Assembly (NCBI GenBank): GCA_002269645.1
Contig: NIVC01000221.1
Location: 124,001 to 188,000 of the forward strand
Length of the DNA stretch: 64,000 nucleotides
DNA from: Macrostomum lignano
Lineage: Eukaryota
Direction of reading: 5' to 3'
Part shown: positions 14,309 to 23,406 of the stretch, piece by piece
Layout: each line of letters begins with the position of its first letter
How positions within the stretch are numbered: the stretch's first letter is position 1
Program-made: the position numbers and the translations under genes
Notes under the pieces: model-generated
Databases searched by the model: none
What the model was told of the DNA's origin: nothing
What the model saw: the letters and a program-made list of their open reading frames with translations, nothing else

Positions 14309-15481
14309 ATGTTCAACGAACGAGACGAGAGCCGGTGCAGCAGCCGGCTGGATCAGCACATCAGCAGTTCGAGGCCTGCGGCAGCGGACGCCGCAGCAGC
14401 AGCAGCGATCAACGACTTTGGCCAGCAGCCGACGCCGAGGCGAGGTGCCAGAAGCGACGTGTCCGACGACCCGCCAGACGAGCTTCTGCAAGGCCTGGAC
14501 AACATCGGCCGGAACATCACGCACCAGGACGTGAGGACCATGATGGCAGCTCTGCAGCAGCAGATGGAGCGGCCTGTGAGTAAACAAGTTAAAATTGTGA
14601 AATTTACTCCAAGTCAGGACATTCATGTCTGGCTTGCCGCGTTCGAGCAGCGTTGCGAGATGGAGCGCATCGTCGACCCGTTCGAGATGAAACAACACCT
14701 CATCGCGAGTCTTGACTTAGCTACTGCGTATCCTGCCCTGCTTGGTATGAATCTTCCGCGTTTCGCCAGCTACGAGGAGGTCAAGCAGCGTCTGATTGAG
14801 CGATTTGCCCGTCATGGTGGTGCTGATGAGTATCGAGAACTGTTGAGGCGTCGTCAACAAGGCAAGAATGAGTCAGCAGAAGAGTTTGCTGACGCCCTGA
14901 GAACTCTTGGTGAACGTGCGTATCCTCGAATGCATCCTGAAGACCGCGAGAAGGAGATTGCTGATCAATTTCTTGCTGGTATCCGGACGACTCCAGACTT
15001 GCGCGAACAGCTGTACTGGGTTCGCCCGAACAATCTTCTTGCTGCGATTCGAGAACTACGACGACTAGAAGGCGCCAAAGAGTTGGCGCAGCGAACCGCT
15101 CAACCCCCGGTTAGGATGTTGGACGGGGAGGAGGACGGCGACCCGAAGCCCGACGTCACCGCCCAAGCCTTGCTGACTCTAACCGACTTGATCGAGAAGC
15201 AGCAGCGAATGCTGGATCACCTGGTGCAGCGTGACCAACAGCAGGTAGCCAGCCCGCCAAAGAGAGCTATAATCTGCTATAGCTGCGGACAGCCCGGTCA
15301 TCGCAACACCCAGTGCCCGATGCGCCAGAACCAGGGAAACGGCCAGGCGGAGAGCGACAACGGCACCGCCCTCCGCGAGGTCCAAGCCCAGGCTACTTGG
15401 CAGACTCAGAACGGTCGCGAGAAGAAGAGGATGTCGGCTGCGCAGGCGCCAATGCCCAGTCCGACAGTCGCTCGTCAGTAA
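14309..15481 (+). CDS. gag: Gypsy Gag (capsid-like domain plus CCHC zinc knuckle)
   Basis: First ATG at 14309. Q-G-x-x-E-S-x-E-E-F major-homology-like segment and CYSCGQPGHRNTQC knuckle; stop at 15479-15481. Confidence 0.9.
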   Translation: MFNERDESRCSSRLDQHISSSRPAAADAAAAAAINDFGQQPTPRRGARSDVSDDPPDELLQGLDNIGRNITHQDVRTMMAALQQQMERPVSKQVKIVKFTPSQDIHVWLAAFEQRCEMERIVDPFEMKQHLIASLDLATAYPALLGMNLPRFASYEEVKQRLIERFARHGGADEYRELLRRRQQGKNESAEEFADALRTLGERAYPRMHPEDREKEIADQFLAGIRTTPDLREQLYWVRPNNLLAAIRELRRLEGAKELAQRTAQPPVRMLDGEEDGDPKPDVTAQALLTLTDLIEKQQRMLDHLVQRDQQQVASPPKRAIICYSCGQPGHRNTQCPMRQNQGNGQAESDNGTALREVQAQATWQTQNGREKKRMSAAQAPMPSPTVARQ

Positions 15482-16291
15482 GCGACGCTGAGTGCGGAGG
15501 TTTCGTGGACACCTCCCCGAATCAAAAAATCCATGCGCGTGAGGCCGATCCGTACGTCACAGGTCGAGTTGCGAGTCGAGAGGTCCCTTTCTTGCTAGAC
15601 AGCGGCAGCCGGAAAAACTTCCTCGGTTCGTCAACCTGGGCCGCTATTAGACGCCGGATGCCTCGTTGTATTATATCGCATGCTAATCCCGATTGCGTAA
15701 CTATGTATGATGGGACGCAGCTCCCACTTGCTTGTAAGGTGACCATTCCGGTGGAGTTCGGTGATGTCGTCGCGGACACCGAATTCCTCGTCACGGTCTC
15801 CGATTGTGAAAATTTACTTGGCGTATCGTTTATGCGAGAGCACTGCCAGAACTTGGACTTCGCTCAAGGAATGCTAACGTTCAACAATGGCACGTGCATC
15901 CCTGTTCGTTATTCGCGTCGTGAGCTTCAAACCTGCCGAGTGTACACCTCCGAGAAGTGCACCCTGCCGCCTAGAAGTTCAGCGCTGCTTCCCGTCAGAT
16001 TGGATGACGGCCATTCCGAGAATCGAGGATCGCCATCAATTGTCGAGCTGGTTAAGTCGAGGCTGCATCCCAGCTGCAACGCTCTGGAGCAGCGCCTGCT
16101 CTGATGACGATGCCTGAAGGTCGCGGCTACATTGAGGTCGTCAACACCGCCGACAGCGAGGTGTTCCTGCAAGCCGGTATCCGTGTTGGTGTTGCGACGC
16201 CACTCCGAACTGCCGACCTGATGTACTTGAGCGAGACGCCCGAACCTGAAGTGCGACACCTCCCGAAGAACTCTGAAGAGTCCAGCACAGC

Positions 16292-18832
16292 ATGGCTAGA
16301 GAAGTCGAGATCAACAGCGAATTGTCCAAAGAACAACATCAAAGAGTGCGAGATCTACTAGTCGAATGTCAAGCGGCCTTCTCCAAACACCTGCTAGACG
16401 CCGGCCTGACTCACCTGGTGACCCACGAGATCATCTTGAAGGACCGGACACCAGTCGCGCTACCACCGCGCCGAATCCCGCCTCATCTGAAGGACAAACT
16501 CGACGCCCTGCTAGACGAGATGCTGGCGAAGCACATCATTCGCCCTGCCTACTCGAGCTACAATTCGCCAATGCTCATCGTGCCCAAGAAGGACGGCAAC
16601 ATCCGACTAGTCCACGACTTCAGAGCTCTCAACGACAGGTGTGTCTATCACCCGTATCCGCTGCCGCACATCCAGGAAACCTTCGCGAAGCTTCGTGGTG
16701 CTCAGTGGTATTCCAGCTTGGACCTTGCTCAAGGATTCTGGCAGATCCCGCTGCGTGACTGCGACCAGCACTTGACGGCATTCTCAGTGATCGACCGCGG
16801 CCAATTCTGTTTTAACGTTCTACCGATGGGTCTCCACGATAGTCCCGGCAGCTTTCAGCGTTGCATCAATAAGCTCCTGGACGGCCTGACGCCAAAGACT
16901 GCGCTTGGCTATATGGACGACATCGTGGTGCACTCAGTGACTTTCGAGGAACAGCTGGATAACTTGCGAACTGTACTCCAGCGCATCATCGCAGCCAACC
17001 TCAAAGTGAAACCGAAGAAGTGTCATTTGTTCCTCAAGGAGCTGCATTATTTAGGTCACGTCGTGACTCCCGACGGCCTGAAGACCTGTGAGGACAAGAT
17101 TGCGCAGATCCGTGATTGGCCCGTGCCACAGTCCGTTACTCAACTGAGACAATTCCTAGGCCTCGCCAATTACTACCACAAGTTTGTCGACGGCTACGCT
17201 GGAGTGGCTGCGCCGCTGCATGCCCTGACGCGAAAGGACATTGGCAGCCTGCGGCAGCATTGGACTCCCGAGCATCAGGTAGCGTTCGACACTTTGAAGA
17301 AGAAATTGTGTTCTACTGAAGTTCTCGCTCTGCCTGAATTTAATTCTGATCCTGCTGTGAAGTTTGTCCTCGACACGGATGCCTCTGATATTCGAATAGG
17401 CGCTTGCCTTGGACAACTGCAATCCGACGGCGTCGAACGTCCAATTGCATTCTTTAGCCGTAAACTTCGCGATCCTGAGAAGCGCTACACGGTCACGAAG
17501 AAAGAGCTGCTTGCAATTGTGGACGCTATGCGACATTTCCGTCATTACTTAATCGGCAAGAAGTTTGAAGTTCGATCCGATCATCGGGCCTTACTGTGGT
17601 TACTGAACCAGACTCAGGCCACAGGTATTTTAGGCCGCTGGATCGAGCGCCTAAGCGAGTTCCGCTTCCAGCTCAACCACCGCAAAGGCAAGGACCACGC
17701 CAACGCTGATGCCCTGTCAAGAAGACCGGAGGGCCCGCCGATCTTCTTCGAGCATGGCCGACTGCTAGAGCAACCTGGTTCCACCGCCCGACCCGGTGAC
17801 GACCACGACCTGGAACCGGATTTGGACCCGACACCCGAGGCCACTGCCAGAGCAGCCCTCCAGAAGACAGTCCACTCTCGCTGCTTGGAGGCCAAGACTG
17901 ACCTGGACGAAGACCTGGAAGCCACCGCGCCAGCAGCCTTCCAGCACGACGCCCACCGCTGCAGTCAACGCCTGGAGACCGGCCTGGACGACAACTCAGA
18001 GGCCACTGCGACAACAGCCCTCTGGCGCGATGCCCATGCCGCCTACCGCAACTTGGAGACCAACCTGGACGAAGACCTTGAGGCCACTGTGGACACAGAC
18101 CTCCTTGACGACGCCCAAGACTACAGGTCTCGGACTCTGGAGACGCCCACGGACCAAGATTCAAAGGCCACCGCACCAGCAGCCCTTCTGATGACGGCCC
18201 GCAACGCAACTCCAGGCAAGCAATTTAACTACAGCCCTTCCGAGCCTTTCGCTGAGATTTCTCGCCGTGTTGACAGAGGCCAGAATCTCGCGCCAGCTGC
18301 AAGGTCGAAGCTCTGTCCCCCGGGCCGACAGACAGCTGCTCATCGCCTGTGCGGAAAGTCGAGTCCCCCTTTGCGACACCGCCCAGTGCAGGAGAAGACT
18401 CACCCAATTTTGATGACTACTGAGCCGACGACTACGGCTGCCTGCGACGAGGCGTGCTTCACGTGTTGCGTCCCGCCCTACAGCCAAGAGTCGCCTGTGC
18501 TATGCAGTGGAGGCATGCGCGCTGCTCCATCTGCGGAATCTTCTGTCATGAGAGCGATGAAGAGAACTTCGATTCGAGATCAACGGACGTACGCCGACGT
18601 TGTGAGACAAAGTCCCTCGGAGCGACCTAATCCTGACGCCGACAAGACGGTGCCGTGTGATCGACCTGGAGCCATTAAAGCGGAGACTGCGGGAGTCATG
18701 ACCCCTCAGCCATGCCGCGCTGTGCTCACTGATTTTCTGAAACTGCCGATGACTCGCCAACAGTTCGTTGAAGCCCAGCGCGCTGACCGAGCCATTAGCT
18801 ACGTGCTCAACCTGGTCAAGGACGAAGCCTAG
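16292..18832 (+). CDS. pol: Pol fragment: reverse transcriptase, RNase H and long acidic-repeat linker
   Basis: LVHDFRALN, LDLAQGFWQIP, LPMGL, YMDDIVV, RQFLGLANYY, DASDIRIGACL. Confidence 0.9.
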   Translation: MAREVEINSELSKEQHQRVRDLLVECQAAFSKHLLDAGLTHLVTHEIILKDRTPVALPPRRIPPHLKDKLDALLDEMLAKHIIRPAYSSYNSPMLIVPKKDGNIRLVHDFRALNDRCVYHPYPLPHIQETFAKLRGAQWYSSLDLAQGFWQIPLRDCDQHLTAFSVIDRGQFCFNVLPMGLHDSPGSFQRCINKLLDGLTPKTALGYMDDIVVHSVTFEEQLDNLRTVLQRIIAANLKVKPKKCHLFLKELHYLGHVVTPDGLKTCEDKIAQIRDWPVPQSVTQLRQFLGLANYYHKFVDGYAGVAAPLHALTRKDIGSLRQHWTPEHQVAFDTLKKKLCSTEVLALPEFNSDPAVKFVLDTDASDIRIGACLGQLQSDGVERPIAFFSRKLRDPEKRYTVTKKELLAIVDAMRHFRHYLIGKKFEVRSDHRALLWLLNQTQATGILGRWIERLSEFRFQLNHRKGKDHANADALSRRPEGPPIFFEHGRLLEQPGSTARPGDDHDLEPDLDPTPEATARAALQKTVHSRCLEAKTDLDEDLEATAPAAFQHDAHRCSQRLETGLDDNSEATATTALWRDAHAAYRNLETNLDEDLEATVDTDLLDDAQDYRSRTLETPTDQDSKATAPAALLMTARNATPGKQFNYSPSEPFAEISRRVDRGQNLAPAARSKLCPPGRQTAAHRLCGKSSPPLRHRPVQEKTHPILMTTEPTTTAACDEACFTCCVPPYSQESPVLCSGGMRAAPSAESSVMRAMKRTSIRDQRTYADVVRQSPSERPNPDADKTVPCDRPGAIKAETAGVMTPQPCRAVLTDFLKLPMTRQQFVEAQRADRAISYVLNLVKDEA

Positions 18833-19266
18833 AAGCCTGAGTTCGACGCCCGGTTGCGCCTGACGAAGGAGCAGCGGAACCTGCTCGGATACTACGAGAA
18901 CCTGCAGGAGGACAACGGCCTGCTGCTGATTGACCTGTCCGATGGCCAGCAGCCGCCAAAGGTTGTTCTGCCTGAGGCCCTTGACGCCCAGGTGCTCCAG
19001 GAGCTCCACAGTTCGCCACTGTGTGGACACCTCGGCGAGACGAAGACGTTACTGCGGCTACGAGAACGGTTCTGGAGACCCGGATTAGCCCGTGCTACCA
19101 AGACCTTCATCAGTAAGTGCCGCACCTGCCTTGAAAGTAAATCGCGACGGCGAGAAAGAGTTCCGGTCCAGAGCTTCCCAGTCTGCGAAGTTCTGGGTAG
19201 AATCCACTGTGATGTAGTGGACCAATCGCGCAGAAAAGCAAGAGCGGCAACCGCTACATCCTGACC

Positions 19267-21888
19267 TTGTGCGATGCGACGTCGAAGTATCCATTCGCCT
19301 ACCCGATGAGAAACCAGAAAGCCAAAACAGTCATCAAGCTTCTGCAGGAGCGCTTCATCCCCGAGTTCGGTGTACCATGCTGGATCCACACCGACCAAGG
19401 CACCAACTTCACCGGTTCGGCCTTCAAGAAGTTCTGCGACCTGTTTGGCATTCGGCATACGACAACAACACCATACAACCCAGCTTCCAATGGACAAGTC
19501 GAGAATCTGAACAAACAACTAAAGAAGGTCCTCACCTGCCTGCTTGAGCGCAACCACAACGACTGGGATACCTACCTCCCAGCCTGCCTGATGGCTCTCC
19601 GCTCCAGCGTCCACCCGGTGACAGGTTTCACGCCTCACTACCTGGTGTTCGGCCGTGACTTCCGACTCCCGATCGACAACGCGCTGAAGAAGCTGCCTGA
19701 GTACGCCGATCTGCCCGACTACGTCAAAGACTTCCAGTGTCGCCTGGACGAGGCGACTGAGCTGGCCAAGGAGCGCCTGCACCTGCACCAACAACTGCGA
19801 GACGAGCACTACTTGAACCTGCCCGCCGCCAAGAAGCTCCAACCCGGCGATCTGGTCTTCCTCAACAACCCGGTGCTCGAACCGGACGAAGCGGCGAAAT
19901 TTCATCGACCTCGCAAAGCCTTATACGAAGTCGTCGAGCCCAAGGGCGAGGTCGTCTACAAGATTCGACGGAGACTGCCCAACCCGAGAGCCAGACGAGA
20001 CGAACTAATCGTCCATCGCCGGAACCTTCTGCTCGTGCCTGACGCCGATTACACGAGGACTTCCGATCCTGAAGTCGACAAACCGAAGAAGCGTCGGCGA
20101 CCGCCCGACGTCCCCGACGGCGCAGGACCCGCGACCCTGACGCCGATTCCCGAGGACGACCAGGACGACCCCGATGATGATGATGATGACGGCTACGACG
20201 CAAGGCCGGCCTTCCGATGGCACTTCCGGCCTTTGGCGATCCCGGAGGTGCAGCCAGGAGGTGGACCGGTCACGACACCAGCGAACCAGGCAAGTGCACT
20301 TCGGCGTGAGCCAGTGCCGTATGGTGAATGTCATTTGCATGAGCCTGTTCTTGATGCGTCTACGCCTGTTGTTTCTTTTCCGCCCGTTTCTGCTCCCGCC
20401 CCCAGTGCTGCTTTTTCTGTGGTCCAGACCCCTGGGCCGTCGCTATGCACCACTCCGGTGGAAGCGTCATTAGGAACGGTAGATGCCGGTAGGCCGGCTA
20501 GGAATCGTAGGCAGCCTGAGAGGCTGATTATTAATCCTAGGGCCAAGACTTATGTTAGCCGCATCGCCCGCATCCGCTCGCAAATTGAACCGCATTTCAG
20601 CATAGAAATGCACCGGCGATCACACAAGCGCATTGAGCGCTCGCCGACCGAAGAAGGCCAGGCCGCTTCGCGTCAGAATCGGCCTAGAACGTATTCGCCG
20701 GCCCGTTACGCTCGACCAATTGGGGCCATGGCCGGCCAGTATGAGCCATTCGGCGGTCCGCCTGACGCTCCACGCCGGCCAGTCCTGAGCCGGATCGGCA
20801 GGCCCTCAGCCAGGCCAGAGTCACCTGCCCGCCCGTCCCACCGACGTTCGCCACCGCCGGAGCGCCGCTCCCTGCCTGAGGCGTGCCGGAGGGGTACGGG
20901 GCACAACCGGACCGCCGGTGCTTCGCGTGAAGTCTTCATCGACCTCACTAACGAAGAGTCCCCGGCCCCAGTGCGCCGCGTCCAGTCGCCTGCGGTGAAC
21001 AACGCCAGGCAGCTCAATGCGGCCCTCGGCGCTCAAGTCGAACGCGAGCTCGAGCGGCAGCGCCGGAGCCTGAAGGCCCAGTCGATCACGGAAGGCCGAC
21101 TTTCTCGCCGCCCAAAGACCGAACCTACGATCCCGGCCCCGGAAGCCGCCTGCGGCGACCACCTCGAAGCCGGGGCTTCGGCCTCGATTCTGGAAGCCAA
21201 GCTGGAAGCCGGCCAGGCTCCAGCTCAACTTTGCCCGCAGGTACCGCAGGTCCTCCGGCTAGTCGGCCCTGAGCTGCGGGTTGAGCCCGCCTCCCCGCCG
21301 AGCGAAGGCTCGCCGTTATTGCCGACAGTCCCCGAGGACGACCCGGACGCCGCCGGCCGTTGTGAAGCGGCAACGCAGACGAACGACTCTGTCCAGCCCA
21401 GGTCGGAAACGTCGCGCAGTGTTCAGACTGCTATTTCGGCGACAGGCTCACCGGACCTTAGCTCGCCTCCGGCCCCGCCGAATTCGCCCGAGAGCCCAGC
21501 CGTCGCCGCTGCCATCGCCGCCGTTCCGTCGCATGATATTGAGCCGGCTCCTGACCACCTGGAAGCTGAGGCCATGCCCACCGGACTCCGAACGGCTGTT
21601 GACCACTATGTTGCTGCGGTCTACCATATCGCCCGGCTGTTGACGACGGCTGCTCTCGTCGGGACGCTTCCGACGGTGACCGAGTGGCCACGATGGTCCA
21701 CGCTTCGCGCCCTCGCCGACGAAGACCGGCAGCGGCTGCTAGACGACGCCGCTGATGTCGCCGCCCCAAACCTCCATCGGCCCAGGTTTCCGGAGGCAGT
21801 GCGCTATGTCGGCCGGTTCGCGGCTGCGCAGATCGCTGGGCGTACGCCGGTGGTCCCGGCTATCATTGAAAACTGTGACGTGAACTAG
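19267..21888 (+). CDS. pol: Pol fragment: integrase core, GPY/F-like module and about 600-aa C-terminal extension
   Basis: CDATSKYPFAYP, IHTDQGTNF, PYNPASNGQVENLN, LQPGDLVFL...YEVV...VHRRNL; the frame stays open to TAG at 21886-21888. Confidence 0.88.
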   Translation: MCDATSKYPFAYPMRNQKAKTVIKLLQERFIPEFGVPCWIHTDQGTNFTGSAFKKFCDLFGIRHTTTTPYNPASNGQVENLNKQLKKVLTCLLERNHNDWDTYLPACLMALRSSVHPVTGFTPHYLVFGRDFRLPIDNALKKLPEYADLPDYVKDFQCRLDEATELAKERLHLHQQLRDEHYLNLPAAKKLQPGDLVFLNNPVLEPDEAAKFHRPRKALYEVVEPKGEVVYKIRRRLPNPRARRDELIVHRRNLLLVPDADYTRTSDPEVDKPKKRRRPPDVPDGAGPATLTPIPEDDQDDPDDDDDDGYDARPAFRWHFRPLAIPEVQPGGGPVTTPANQASALRREPVPYGECHLHEPVLDASTPVVSFPPVSAPAPSAAFSVVQTPGPSLCTTPVEASLGTVDAGRPARNRRQPERLIINPRAKTYVSRIARIRSQIEPHFSIEMHRRSHKRIERSPTEEGQAASRQNRPRTYSPARYARPIGAMAGQYEPFGGPPDAPRRPVLSRIGRPSARPESPARPSHRRSPPPERRSLPEACRRGTGHNRTAGASREVFIDLTNEESPAPVRRVQSPAVNNARQLNAALGAQVERELERQRRSLKAQSITEGRLSRRPKTEPTIPAPEAACGDHLEAGASASILEAKLEAGQAPAQLCPQVPQVLRLVGPELRVEPASPPSEGSPLLPTVPEDDPDAAGRCEAATQTNDSVQPRSETSRSVQTAISATGSPDLSSPPAPPNSPESPAVAAAIAAVPSHDIEPAPDHLEAEAMPTGLRTAVDHYVAAVYHIARLLTTAALVGTLPTVTEWPRWSTLRALADEDRQRLLDDAADVAAPNLHRPRFPEAVRYVGRFAAAQIAGRTPVVPAIIENCDVN

Positions 21889-22396
21889 GAGTAAACCTAA
21901 AGCTCTCCGCCCCATTAAGCTGCATGCCAAAACATTAATGCCTTGTCCTGGTGCTTTATATTTAGGCGCCCTTCTTTTGTTCGGGCAGGCGCCCCCGAGC
22001 TGCTTAAGGACGATCGTCCTCATTCTTCACACCCGAGGGCCCTCTGGCCTCTCCGCGTTTAGTCTTTTCTCGGGCTCTGCCTTGGTGTGGGCAACCCACT
22101 TGCCAATAACTGCACATTGCTCTTTTGCGCCCATGAAGGCGCCCTCACCTTTTACGGGCTCTGCTTCTGTCGCCTGCATCCCGGCATTTAGGCGCCTTTT
22201 CTTTGCTGGGGCTGGCGCCCCCCCTTTTTAATTGTGTGCATTGAATCAGGGTCGCACCATGGGCCCTGACCCAGCCCTCGCCTCCGCGCCGTGTGACATA
22301 CCATCCTTTTGCCACTGCCGATTATGTTTTAACTATAGCCAACGTTTTTATCTTTTAAATAAAGGCGCGCTCCGCCTTCACTCCGCCTCTTTATTT

Positions 22397-22408
22397 GAAC
22401 GGGGAGAG
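22397..22408 (+). other. Polypurine tract
   Basis: GAACGGGGAGAG directly abuts the TG of the 3' LTR. Confidence 0.85.
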
Positions 22409-23406
22409 TGTAGTGAGCCGCTAGTTTATGGTTAGGCGTCGCACTTGTCAGCTGTTCCCTCGCCTCCGCCCTGGGTTGCTGTCTGCCGCTGGTCAGCTTC
22501 CCGCCCCTCCCTTTCGTTTGTCTGCTGCTGCCCGTGGCCTGTTCTGGCCTTCTGCGTCTCCGTTCTCAGCACACAGCCTCTCGGCTGTGGGCTGTCTCTG
22601 TTTCGCTCCCGTCCCGTTTTCCCTGTCTTGTGAGCAAGTCACATGACAGTTCTTGCGTTCTTTGAGTCTTAAAGTGCAGTAAACATGTTTACTGCACTCG
22701 TTGGCCCTGTTTACCGGGTGAGTCACGTGCTTTCGGACCCCTCCCTTCTCTAAGGAGAGGAGTGACTCATGTTGCTAAAAATAGCAACTGAGTCACAGCC
22801 GCGTGTACTCTGGCCGGGGACCTCAAGTGACGTCAGTTCTAAAAATAGAACAAGTCACGAGGTCTTCCGCACGCTTGTACCCTGCCCAAGACTCTCGAGT
22901 GACGTCAGTTCTAAAAATAGAACAAGTCACGAGGTCTTCTGCGTGGGTGTTTCCCGGCTATAAATAGGAGCTCTCTCCCCCTTGTTTCCGTCAAGGAGTC
23001 TTCTTTCTGTTCAACCTCGAGTTCTACGTCTGCGTGTGACCAAATCCCCGAGTGTCCGAGCCTTTGCGAGTATTGACTCTATTCCTACTGCTCCGACTGA
23101 AACCCGACCAAGTCAACCCAAGTCTACGAGAGGCTAACTCAGCCCTCCCTCTACCATCCTAGCCCGGCAGGTACTGCTGACGAGACGCCTTATACGTTGA
23201 GCTGCAAATCTGCACGTCGTGCTGTGTTCGTTGACTTCATTATTTCGTTCCGACGGGAAGCTCACCTCACCGAAGGCCGAGACCTGAAGGAACTGGTGGC
23301 AGCACTATCTACGCTACTGAGATTTGAGAGAACTTCCCTCTGAAGAGGCTCGAGACTTAAGGTAATCTTAAGTGCCTAAACCGGGAAGAAACCCCATTGT
23401 ACTTCA
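22409..23406 (+). repeat. 3' LTR (998 bp)
   Basis: Matches the 5' LTR apart from an 11-bp length difference at 22687-22700 and an A/C difference at 23293 (manual comparison). Confidence 0.97.

Larger units (their letters stand above)
15334..21888 (+). pseudogene. pol: Gypsy Pol (PR-RT-RNaseH-IN plus extensions), broken by three apparent 1-nt deletions and one in-frame TAG
   Basis: -1 slippery site G GGA AAC at 15334-15340; protease FLLDSGS; RT YMDD; RNase H LDTDAS/ELLAIV/SDHRAL; IN zinc finger H-x6-H...CRTC; core HTDQG and NGQVE. Frame changes near 16070, 16280 and 19220; TAG at 18830-18832. Confidence 0.9.
13232..23406 (+). mobile_element. Full-length Ty3/Gypsy LTR retrotransposon, 10,175 bp
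   Basis: TG..CA LTRs; 4-bp TSD CGAA (13228-13231 and 23407-23410); tRNA-Leu PBS; PPT; gag and PR-RT-RH-IN domain order. Confidence 0.98.

Noticed and set aside
18830-18832. Programmed stop-codon readthrough before integrase
   Set aside because: The context (TAG AAG CCT) lacks the CAR-YYA motif, and the position between RNase H and IN is not a known readthrough site. A nonsense change or sequence error is simpler.
20560-21888. env gene
   Set aside because: In frame with integrase; no signal peptide, furin site plus fusion peptide, or C-terminal TM anchor.
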